A DNA stretch of 64,000 nt from Flaccisagitta enflata (taxonomy: Eukaryota): positions 6,634,001 through 6,698,000 of the forward strand of contig OZ231126.1 in the NCBI GenBank assembly GCA_965153355.1. The letters run 5' to 3'. Under the pieces are notes generated by a model. It saw only the letters and a program-made list of their open reading frames with translations. It searched no databases and was not told the DNA's origin. Every line of letters starts with the position of its first letter. The stretch's first letter is position 1. The translations under genes and the position numbers were made by a program. Shown here in pieces: positions 27,246 through 36,411 of the stretch.

Positions 27246-27454
27246 TTTTAACCCTCCTCTGCGCTTGTAACTCCTCCTCCTTCATTCTCTCACCTATCTC
27301 ATTCCCATCCACAGCATCTTTCCCACTCGGAATTTGATGCAAGGCTAAACAACGGAATTCTTTTTCGTTTTAAAATCGAAATTGATTTTTTTTTCTTCCC
27401 TATCCTGCCTGCTACTTATTCTGTGTGTTGTGTGAGTGTGTCTGTGTATTTGTT

Positions 27455-27511
<57 letters not shown>

Positions 27512-29030
27512 TTTTGAGATTTTGTTTGTTTGTTTGTTTGTTTGTTTGGTTAAAATTGGAAAAAAGTGAATCAATATCTAGGACATGAGCAAACTAAGAA
27601 TCTTAGTATTTGGTAGTTCATAAAGCGATATTCTCCTTTTGAAGCGGAACGACAGTAAAAGGATATCATTTGGCTAAAAACAGGTGTCACGATAGGGCAA
27701 GCATGGGGGGGGGGGGAAGGTTTCATTTCAAGGAGGCTTTGAATGAAGAAGGCGCAAAGATCTGTTTCTGACCTGAGCATTTCTTCTTTCTTTGTCATCT
27801 TTGCCGTTCCAATTAACAGATAAATTGTACTTGCTTACGCCAAGCGCATCTACAGATTCTTATGTTCAGTCTTAGTTTTCTATCCATCTCGCTTTTTCTG
27901 TCGTAAATTCTTAGCTAAATTTAGCCCCATTTCCGAGGTCAGATCCTTTTTGTTTCTAGCCCATATTTTGTAACAGGAATGTAGAAAATGTCTCCGCATG
28001 ATTTTGCGCAAATATTTATACTTTTCTCAAGGCTAGGGAAGCTTGATTTTTAATGACTGATAAAGTTTGAGCCTTGTAACTGGGTACCACTTCTTTGTTA
28101 TTGTCATTTCCAAGAATTTACGAAAGTTTTTCTCTGATGACAACATCAAGAGTAGCATTTGAGAGCGGGTGCAATGTATGGAGGCACCAACAGACAGACG
28201 GACCAATGTAGTGGCCAACCATTGGAAAATGAAACTTCCTAAAAAGTTGCTAAATTGGGTTTTGCATAGAAACTTGATTTCAATCAAACGCTAGATTCCT
28301 GTAGGCCATGCGACCTTACAGACGCAGCACCATTTCATTACGTTTTCTCTACGGAAAAGCTCTCAGAGACAAATTTCACTCAAAGAATGAACTTTTAACC
28401 AAAAAACAATAAAATAACGTCAAAAGACATCCGCAATAATGGAGTTTTGCTCAAACTTAAATCTATTTCCATAAAAAAGCTAAATTGAGAAGCGTGTTTG
28501 GAGTTAAGATATAAAGTAAACTTAAAACGTTTTATCTTCCGGCTGCTTAAGATGGCCTCTTTACACGCATCAAGGACCGCAAATAAACCTCTCCAATGAC
28601 AAATGACTAACTATCAACGAATTACTTTTTTGCAATTTTCTTTTTGACAATGATATCTCTCCTGCTTCTCTGTTCAAAACTGTGCACGTTAAGTATTAGT
28701 CGTCGGACGCCTCGTCACCTCTATCCATAAATCACTTCAGAGTCTCTGGGAGGATTGATCAATACTTCTTCTGTAGACAGACAAAGAATATGTGCCGGAC
28801 ACGGATCGCCCATTTATTGTCAAAGGGTATGACCAAGATCAAGGCCGGATACCCGGCCGATAAATACTCGCTTGCGGGTTTGCGATTTTGGTCAGGGGCT
28901 GCAATGTTCGAAAATCACACAAAATTTCGGCCGATTTCGTTTTATCCAAAATTACGCGTTACAGACTTATATACCCAAGGCACACCCCCTCATAGAGTCG
29001 CCTAGCAATCGACTGAGATAGAGAGAGAGA

Positions 29031-29083
<53 letters not shown>

Positions 29084-29336
29084 AACTTAGGTCTGCCGTT
29101 GATATGTTATAAAGAAAGAATTGACTGAAAGACTGATTGTTTTGTGCTCTTAGTATAAAGATAGAATAATAGTTTGTGAGTTATTTATTTCTTCAACTGA
29201 TTTCAGAGGACCAGTGAATGGTGACGACAAAATGTATGAAGAAAAATTGCATAAAGGGAATCAGATTTATGCTACAGACTATTTCAGTGTTTATCAAGCA
29301 TACTAAATATATTACGATACTAAAATTTATACATTA

Positions 29337-29946
29337 CGCTGAGGAGAATACATTTTTTTTCATGCGGGGACCCAGAGGAGGGCCCAGATTTTTTTTATTT
29401 TGATGTAACTAATGTATTATAAAAATTTCAGGACCATAGCCGTTCTTAAACCTTCATCATATTGCACCTGAAAAATGGTTCATCCTTAAGGGGGCCAAAA
29501 TTTCAAAATCATTTTTCCTCAAATTTAATGCCAGATTCAGATTCCTTGTGAAAATCTTTGTCAGATACTGTATTTTCTTTTACCAAAATTTTGTTTTTAA
29601 ACTGAAAAAATGCAAAAAACCTCCAAAAATAAGGGTTTCTAAAAAACAAAGTCTTTTCAGAGGTTTTTTGCTTTTTTTTCAGCTTAAAAACAAAATTTTG
29701 AAAAAGGAAAATATAGTATCTGACAAAATTTTTTACAAGGAATCTGAATCTGGCATCAGTTCTGGGGAAAAATGAATTTGAAATTTTGGCCCCCTTCAGG
29801 ATGAGCCATATTACAAGTGCAATATCATGAATGTTCAAGAACATCTATAGTCCTGAAATTTTTAGAATAAATTAGTTACATCAAAATGATAATATCTGGG
29901 CCCTCCTCTGGGTCCCTGTATGAAAAAAAGTGTATTCTCCTCAGCG
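29337..29946. mobile_element. TA-flanked foldback element (610 bp, palindromic)
   Basis: TA|CGCTGAGGAGAATACA...GGGACCCAGAGGAGGGCCCAGAT ... ATCTGGGCCCTCCTCTGGGTCCC...TGTATTCTCCTCAGCG|TA; arms pair to ~29640. Confidence 0.9.
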
Positions 29947-30546
29947 TATTATACATGTTTCCGCAGATGAACATCAAAATGTTTTAGTGAGTTAGTTGCA
30001 AATTTCCTAGCGAGCCTTCTGTACCAGAAGTTGAACAATCAATGAGCAAGGTAAACGTTGAAAATGAAGGCAGAAATAAAGAACTACATATCAGTCAAAG
30101 GTAAAAGGAATCGAATTCCAAACTGGCTCCAAAAAACAATGTAGATGAGAAAATATGATATTCCCACTTTGAAAAGTAACGTGGTATCTACTGGCAAAAT
30201 AGCAAGTATACAATGAAAGGATGTTTAGTGCTACAACAATGTCATCAAAATACGGTAAACTTCCTTCTCTAACGGACAAAAGGGATATATGTTTGTTGTT
30301 TGTAGTCTTTCTTCAGCTGTTTCATGAAATCAGTATGAAAAAAAACTAGAAATTTGCATCTTTTATCTGGAAATTCCGTCACTAGGTGGTCTGTCAGAGC
30401 GAGATTAACAGCGTGCAATCTAGGTACGTGGGCAAGTATAAAGATACATCCCTGGCCAAGTGTTTTTATCTGAGGAGTCTAAAAGCCTTGGTCCCAAAAG
30501 GCTGTGATAAACAGTTATAAAGATATGAGCCCATGTTTGATAAAGT

Positions 30547-30552
30547 TTTATT
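30547..30552 (-). terminator. Candidate polyadenylation signal of the receptor gene
   Basis: AATAAA on the minus strand about 430 nt after the stop codon. Confidence 0.35.
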
Positions 30553-30976
30553 TTGAAAAACACAAAAATTACCCATTTTGAGTTTTGCTATTTTTCTTTT
30601 GGTTTCTGCAGAAAAAATTTTAGTCACCCATGCCATTTTTCCTCTCTATGACGGCCCAAAGTAAAAAAAAAAGAAAGCCTAATTGTATACGGTTTTCTTT
30701 CTTGGCCTTGCAATTCAATATGGGGTTGTATGTAAAAGAAAAAAAAAAGCAACTTGCATAATGGCAGTCCATCATGTAGTGATGCCAGTCTAGTAATGAT
30801 TGTGGAAAAAAAGACATTCTCTACAACTACCAAAAAATCCATGATTTTGGTTTTACACTGTGATGGTGATGCTGTGTTGATGTGAATACTGGGAAGTAAA
30901 GTGCTTGTAAAAAGAGTTCCGATTTTCCTCCTGTTGCTTTGAGGAATATGATTACATCATCGCTCGAGATTTCCAT

Positions 30977-33900
30977 CTACAATTCACCCACATTCCTTGG
31001 GATGAACTCCACAACAAAAGGTAAGTTGATGAAATTGAGCTCGGCCAAATTCTGCTTATCTGAAAGCAGCACTCCGCCTGATCGCACCAGCCAATTTCCA
31101 TCAGTCACATCTCGATGCATCTTTGCCAAAAGGCCTTTCACCGCCTTGACGTTGTAGGTCGGTTTGATTTCCATCTTTATAGATGGCTGCCCACTCTTTG
31201 CAAACTCAATCCTGATTTCGGGTTTAAGAACTTCCAAAGTCGAACCCTCTGCGATGTGTAAGTTTGCATCTCTAATTGACGCCGTCGTTTCCACTGCAAA
31301 TTCCTCCTCTTGAATCGGATTTGGAATAACCTTTCCCTTGCATTTCAGTAAGAGGCTCTTGAAAGGGATGTCCTCTTCCATGCTTTTGACCAATTCTGTC
31401 ACTTTTCCGAAAATGTCGCTGAAATGAATGGAAGATCTTAATCTTTCCAGTTTAACCTGTCGCTCAACCGAACCATCCAAAGAGCCGTACTTAATGGTGA
31501 CATGGCTCTCCGTCTGAAGTGGAGCCAAGTGTCCTTGCATCAATCCTTCAGCGCAAGCTTGTTGCTCCAATTGTTCATAAGCCAATGCGTAGAGTTTTGG
31601 CATCGATTCAGTTCTCTCGCCTTTGAAAAATTTGAGGAAACAAAGATAAGAGTGAGGATAAAAGAATGGCAATCTGGAGAGAAAATAGAGAAGAATCTCC
31701 TGGAGGCTCGGTTTTGGCTTCCCACACATGATCAGCATGGACGCCGGGTTCTCGTGACCGTGTTGCAGTATGTTACGAATGAATCGCAACAGGTCCACGT
31801 AAGTCGTTATGTCAAGGGTGTTTCTACCCAAACCAAATTCCTCCATGACCACATCATCGATCTTCTTGTTCCACCCTCCAAGCCCGCCAATGACGAGGCA
31901 CGCGTTTTTCTCAGCTTCGGCGAACATCCACTTCATGGCTTTGTTGTTCTTTTGCCCTTTGAGCGAAGCGTTCAATTCGGATAAGATGGAAATCTTGTTG
32001 TCCGTGGATTGAAAGGCGGGAGTTTGAAGTGCCTCGGCCGCGGTCATTCCTCTTTGGAGAGCAAAGATCAATGAACACAAGTCAACGTTGGATAAACCCA
32101 CAAGATTCTCAATATTGACTGGATGAGAGGATGATTTTCCAGATACAAGATAAAAAATGATGTTGGCGACTGCGCTTATATCCTTTTGTTGTTCTTGGAT
32201 GTTGGTGGTCCCCAATAACGGCGTTTCTTCCATGGCCATTTCCAATGATCCGATGCAGGCTTGATGAAAACCACCCAGCTTTACCACCCACTTTCCAGTG
32301 GTATTGTCAAATCTGACAAATACAGATTCGATGGAGATATTGCGGTGAAAGATAGGACATTCTTGAGATTGCAAAAAGTCGACGGCGCCCAAAATTTGGT
32401 GGCAAATATCAACAACATCGAATGATGAACCATTGAAAAGCCCGCACAACTGTGCATCAAGAATAGAAGCATCAACCTTTTCAACAAACATATGGCCCAC
32501 CCTCTTAATGAATGGAAACCATGTGACAAAGGAAGTGTGAAGTCTGATGATGTTTGGATGATTGATCTGACCCAGAATCTTTACCTCTCTCCTGAAAGAT
32601 TCTTTTCCATCGCGATTTTCCATCAAAAACCGAACATGAAGATACTTTTTTCCCAATTTCTTGGCATAAATTGATTTACCCATTTGATACGAGAGTGCCG
32701 CTGCTAAAACTGCAAATATTCCTACACAACTGTATGGCACCACTTTCAGCTCTAAGATACATTCCATCACATGCGCGTGAAATTTTCCATCATCTCTGCA
32801 GCTGATGTTTTGTGGGAGGTTTTTAATGACTGTCCTTAACATATCTACGACATTGCATTCATTACAAAAGAAATCATTCCCTTCTAAGTAAACTTTTGTC
32901 TGTGGTAATAGCGAAAATTGAGATGGAAGTTTCAACAAGTTATTATACCTCAAGTCCAATGCTGAAAGATTTCTCATTAATAGCAATGAAGGACCATCGA
33001 TGCTGCTTATTTTGTTCCCTTGACAATCTAACGATGATATGTTTTCCAGATTAGACGAAAACTTGACAAACTCAAGTTCATTTTTGGAGAAGTCAGCGAA
33101 TATTTGGTCGTATGGCAGGCAAGAGGGTAAATTGTTGAGATTTCTTGAAGCACAGTTCATTTGCAGTATGTTTTTGCTCCATTGGCATGAGCAGGGTGTT
33201 GGACAGCATGGTATAGGTCCAAACTGTGGTAAGAAATGCATCAAAGTTCTATCATTCCATGAGCAGCTGCAAATCCATGGATTTTTGGCAAGGTACACTT
33301 TTTTTAAGCTGTTGATCTTTTGCATAGTTTGAGGCCTTATGTTAGAAATATGGTTACCGTATACATCAAGAGTTTTTAGTTCAGGCAACCCTTCTATGAA
33401 AGAAATGTTTTTCAGTTGATTGCTGTGCAGGAAAAGTTCCTTCATTGTAGAATCCTGGAATTGGTTCATATCAATCTCCTCGATTTGATTATGGCTTAAG
33501 TTAAGAGCAACAAGGGCGTCATATTCGTCGCCATCGATGCGACCACTAAAGTGTTTGATTCTGTTGTGACTTAAGTCCAGAGGTTCGATAGGGATAGATA
33601 TGAAGCAAAAGCTGTCAGGCTCAATGGTCGAAATTTTGTTACCCTGAAGCTTCAAACTCATAGTGAACCCTGTTGGAACGTCATTGTCTTTGAAGAAAGA
33701 AAAGTCACTGGTTGAAATTGTTTCAATCATGTTATTGCTGAGATCTAAAAACTCCAGAGTGACGAGACCTATGAAAGATACGAATTTCAGATTTTGTATT
33801 CTATTGTGGCCAAGACTTAGTTTTCTTAATCGGGTACAGTTTGAAAACGCACCGTTTTCTATATTGGTAATTTGGTTGTAGTCAAGATCCAGAATCTCAA

Positions 33901-35179
33901 GTTCTTTTTGATCATCAAAAACTCGGCTTTGAATTCGTGTCAAACGATTGCGACAGAGATGTAAGTCACGTAGATCTGTTTGCCCTTTCAATAAAAGTGG
34001 ATGAATATCCTCGATACGATTATCACCTAGACTAAGGCTATCAAGATGAAGATCGTGAAATGCATATACATCAATCACGCTCACGTGGCAGAATTGGATC
34101 CACAAATCGCTGAGATGTTTTATATTTTTGAACATATTTCGTGTTAATGTTGTAATTGGACTAATTCTTATGTCTAGCGTTTTCGTGTTCAACTCAAGAA
34201 ATGGAGGGATTTCAGTGAGACAATGTCCAATCTTAACATAATCCATCACAGTCTTAGTCACTAGACTTTTTGCACCCAGTGTAATATTTGTCTTGCAACA
34301 TGGGTTTCTCGAGGGTGATCCGAGGTCAATGTCCTGCATAACAGTTGAATTGATAAAACCTGTGGGTATGGATTCGATTGGATTGTTAGTCAATTCTAAA
34401 ATAATTAAACTAGACAAAGGACGTATGAACTTGATTTGTTCCGAGGATAGGTTGTTTGAATCAAGATACAAAGTCCACAAATCTCTTAGGTGATCGAATG
34501 CATTTGGATGAATCGTGGATATTTCATTTCCCTCTAGTATCATATGCTTCAAACCGACTTGGTTCTTAAAAAGATCTTTTTCAATTTTGTTAAATCGTGT
34601 ATTACATATCCATATTTGTTGCAAGTTGATCATCCCGTCAAAAACCCCCACCTCGATGTCAGTCAGTTGAGAGTCATAAAACCCAACATGACGAAACGAT
34701 TTTTGATTCGTTCCAGAAAAAAAATGTTTCCCTATACTCATTAAACGGCTACCAAACAAAGCAAAGGAACTTATGTGTTTATAATCTGATAAAAATCCAT
34801 CTTCAATCTTTTCTAAATTCAACTCAGGAAGAAACATGATGGTGAACAAAGGTTTCGTTGAGGCATTGAAGAGGAACGGAAAATTAGGATTGTCTGTTTT
34901 CGCATTTTTCATTATGTCCCGCGTCACGACAGTGCAACCCATTCTTCTATAGCGCCAACTACATCCCCAGTCGTCCCAACCCTTCTCAAACTTTTCGTGG
35001 CAAATGAGCTCACAGTCCGCCGCTTCTTCTCCATGAAAATGCGTCGCTGAATCCAGAAAAATTTCTTCTGGATTTTTCGGAGGCTCCTTGGAAAAGGACG
35101 TCATTCTGTATGCCACGGTATTGAACGCCATAAGCAGAAGAAGCCACACGATGGACCAACGAGCATCCATCATCCCCAT
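30977..35179 (-). CDS. Single-pass receptor, ~1400 aa: signal peptide, Toll-like LRR ectodomain, TM, pseudokinase, KEN (IRE1/RNase L-type) ribonuclease, 2x ubiquitin-like
   Basis: Uninterrupted 4.2-kb high-complexity ORF. The track start at 35263 is a TTG; the first ATG is at 35179 (GTG-ATG-G context) and is followed by hydrophobic WSIVWLLLLMAFNTVA. Many LxxLxLxxNxI repeats; NPWICSC, CPTPCSC and NDFFCNEC caps; hydrophobic VVPYSCVGIFAVLAAALSY then basic KKLGKK; kinase motifs REVKIL/HPNIIRL/HRN/VKLGGF; KEN motif DLLRFIRNILQH...YFLSRLP; ubiquitin-like C-terminal pair. Confidence 0.93.
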   Translation of the reverse strand: MGMMDARWSIVWLLLLMAFNTVAYRMTSFSKEPPKNPEEIFLDSATHFHGEEAADCELICHEKFEKGWDDWGCSWRYRRMGCTVVTRDIMKNAKTDNPNFPFLFNASTKPLFTIMFLPELNLEKIEDGFLSDYKHISSFALFGSRLMSIGKHFFSGTNQKSFRHVGFYDSQLTDIEVGVFDGMINLQQIWICNTRFNKIEKDLFKNQVGLKHMILEGNEISTIHPNAFDHLRDLWTLYLDSNNLSSEQIKFIRPLSSLIILELTNNPIESIPTGFINSTVMQDIDLGSPSRNPCCKTNITLGAKSLVTKTVMDYVKIGHCLTEIPPFLELNTKTLDIRISPITTLTRNMFKNIKHLSDLWIQFCHVSVIDVYAFHDLHLDSLSLGDNRIEDIHPLLLKGQTDLRDLHLCRNRLTRIQSRVFDDQKELEILDLDYNQITNIENGAFSNCTRLRKLSLGHNRIQNLKFVSFIGLVTLEFLDLSNNMIETISTSDFSFFKDNDVPTGFTMSLKLQGNKISTIEPDSFCFISIPIEPLDLSHNRIKHFSGRIDGDEYDALVALNLSHNQIEEIDMNQFQDSTMKELFLHSNQLKNISFIEGLPELKTLDVYGNHISNIRPQTMQKINSLKKVYLAKNPWICSCSWNDRTLMHFLPQFGPIPCCPTPCSCQWSKNILQMNCASRNLNNLPSCLPYDQIFADFSKNELEFVKFSSNLENISSLDCQGNKISSIDGPSLLLMRNLSALDLRYNNLLKLPSQFSLLPQTKVYLEGNDFFCNECNVVDMLRTVIKNLPQNISCRDDGKFHAHVMECILELKVVPYSCVGIFAVLAAALSYQMGKSIYAKKLGKKYLHVRFLMENRDGKESFRREVKILGQINHPNIIRLHTSFVTWFPFIKRVGHMFVEKVDASILDAQLCGLFNGSSFDVVDICHQILGAVDFLQSQECPIFHRNISIESVFVRFDNTTGKWVVKLGGFHQACIGSLEMAMEETPLLGTTNIQEQQKDISAVANIIFYLVSGKSSSHPVNIENLVGLSNVDLCSLIFALQRGMTAAEALQTPAFQSTDNKISILSELNASLKGQKNNKAMKWMFAEAEKNACLVIGGLGGWNKKIDDVVMEEFGLGRNTLDITTYVDLLRFIRNILQHGHENPASMLIMCGKPKPSLQEILLYFLSRLPFFYPHSYLCFLKFFKGERTESMPKLYALAYEQLEQQACAEGLMQGHLAPLQTESHVTIKYGSLDGSVERQVKLERLRSSIHFSDIFGKVTELVKSMEEDIPFKSLLLKCKGKVIPNPIQEEEFAVETTASIRDANLHIAEGSTLEVLKPEIRIEFAKSGQPSIKMEIKPTYNVKAVKGLLAKMHRDVTDGNWLVRSGGVLLSDKQNLAELNFINLPFVVEFIPRNVGEL
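30980..31504 (-). other. Two tandem ubiquitin-like domains (aa ~1254-1347 and ~1349-1428)
   Basis: Ubl2 IRIEFAKSGQPSIKMEIKPTYNVKAVKGLLAK...WLVRSGGVLLSDKQNLAELNF parallels ubiquitin [30 protein letters not shown]...LIFAGKQLEDGRTLSDYNI. Ubl1 ends LLLKCKGKVI...SIRDANLHIAEGSTLEVL (cf. LSDYNIQKESTLHLVL). Confidence 0.7.
31628..32011 (-). other. KEN / RNase_2-5A ribonuclease domain (aa ~1085-1212)
   Basis: Colinear by eye with the IRE1/RNase L KEN domain: PAFQSTDNKISILSELN (cf. HPFFWS..KQLQFFQDVSD), GWNKKID (cf. DWRENIT), DLLRFIRNILQH (cf. DLLRAMRNKKHH / DLLKFIRNLGEH), YFLSRLPFFYPHSY (cf. YFTSRFPHLLAHTY). Confidence 0.88.
32009..32644 (-). other. Protein kinase-like domain, predicted catalytically dead (aa ~874-1085)
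   Basis: LHVR (VAVK equivalent), FRREVKILGQINHPNIIRL, ICHQILGAVDFLQSQECPIFHRNISIESVFV, VVKLGGF, KDISAVANIIFYLVSG, TAAEALQTPAF. No GxGxxG; HRD is HRN; no DFG. Confidence 0.85.
32681..32746 (-). other. Transmembrane helix (aa ~840-861)
   Basis: VVPYSCVGIFAVLAAALSYQM directly after the LRRCT, followed by GKSIYAKKLGKK (positive-inside rule). Confidence 0.8.
32759..34846 (-). other. LRR ectodomain, multiple-cysteine-cluster (Drosophila Toll-type) layout
   Basis: About 20 LRRs (e.g. LEILDLDYNQI, LRKLSLGHNRI, LEFLDLSNNMI), LRRCT NPWICSC (aa 661), internal LRRNT CPTPCSC...NCASRNL (aa 687-709), ~3 more LRRs, second LRRCT NDFFCNEC...C...C (aa 796-835); about ten N-x-S/T sequons. Confidence 0.9.
35111..35179 (-). 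other. Signal peptide (aa ~29-51)
   Basis: MGMMDARWSIVWLLLLMAFNTVA|Y: basic residue, hydrophobic core, small residues (T-V-A) before the likely cleavage site. Confidence 0.8.
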
Positions 35180-35207
35180 CACGAAGGTGCAAACAGGATG
35201 ACCGTAT

Positions 35208-35249
35208 CTTTTAGAAAACGGGAAAAGGGAATAATAAACAAAATTAGTA
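35208..35249 (-). promoter_or_regulatory. Probable 3' splice acceptor of a 5'-UTR intron
   Basis: Minus strand TACTAAT (branch-point-like), then TTTGTTTATTATTCCCTTTTCCCGTTTTCT (pyrimidine tract), then AAAAG; the ATG lies 28 nt downstream. Confidence 0.6.
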
Positions 35250-36056
35250 CCGCCGCTGCTCAAGCTATTGTTTGCATTTTGGTGTATTGGTATTCAGTTT
35301 CTTATGATTCTGAATCTCTTGAAAACCCTATGGACTGGTAAGCCTCTCAGTTTGTCTATATGTCGGTCTGTCTGTCTGTCCATCTTTCCGTCAGTTTATC
35401 TAACTGGCTGTCTAACTGTCTATCTATCTGTCTGTTTCTCTCTGTCTGTGTCTATGTCTGTGTGTTACTATGTAATTTGTGTTCATGCACATCTATGTCA
35501 TCATATAGGTGAATGGGTGGTGATGAGGAGGTGATTGGGGGGTGACAGGTACTTATTTTTTGTGGTGGTGGGATCCGGAGCACTGTGTGTCATGTGTAAA
35601 ACTCAGGCGGAAAAGAACTTAATGATAAGGAAAAAAACAAACAAACAAACATAATATACTTCTTGTTGGTCTAGTACGACAAAAGTTTTACTGAAGGGCT
35701 TTCAAACCTTTGGGCTGCTACGACAAAAGAAATTGTCTCGCTAAGCCAACGAGAAGAGTCCTTTCATATTCTTTATGCTAAAGCATTTTTCCGCCTTCTT
35801 ATTGCACATTTGTTATGTAACCTTGGGGACATAAAAAATGGCGAATTTTGGAAAACTAAATCTATCTACCTTAATTTGAAAAAAAAACTATAAACAAGGC
35901 CAACACCTATAAGTCGCGTGCAGGACATAAATAGCTTAAGATGACTAAAATTGAGTTTAAATGACTCAAGGTGACCTGAAATGACTTAATTCTTAAAATG
36001 ACTTAAAATAACTTTAATGACCATATTGACCTTATTGACTTTAGTGACTTCATATA

Positions 36057-36411
36057 CCATATTTTCTCCATTTATCGCCCCCCCCTCCAATTAACGCCCC
36101 CCCTATTTTTCTTCTCTAGATTGTTGATAAATGGGAAGAAGAAAAGGCAAATTGTCAAAGATTTTGAATTTTTTCAGTGCTTTTTCAGTGCTTTTTCAGC
36201 GCTTTCATTGAAAATAGGCAAAAAAAATCATATCAAAATCACTTCATTGTACTTTATCTTATAATTCTGATATTTCAAGTAGTATTCATGGTAAAAAACG
36301 TTAGATAACAATGTACGTTTATATCAAAAGGGGGCGCTAATTGGAGGGTAAAATGACAATGTCATTTTTCAATTTCAAAAGCGCCCGGGGCGCTAACTAG
36401 AGAAAATACGG
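36057..36411. mobile_element. pogo/Tigger-like MITE inserted in a family-A element
   Basis: TA|CCATATTTTCTC...CGCCCC ... GGGGCG...GAGAAAATACGG|TA. Confidence 0.75.

Noticed and set aside
31502-31984. 160-aa + strand ORF and other short ORFs overlapping the receptor
   Set aside because: Antisense or off-frame shadows of the real CDS; no recognisable motifs.
30977-32680. Calling the gene a canonical Toll/TLR or the IRE1 orthologue
   Set aside because: No TIR box motifs in the cytosolic part; no IRE1 luminal domain and no intact kinase motifs. No gene symbol assigned.
35180-35263. First 28 aa of the 1428-aa track ORF (TTG start)
   Set aside because: Eukaryotic context: the segment overlaps a branch point and pyrimidine tract, and the ATG at 35179 directly precedes the signal peptide.
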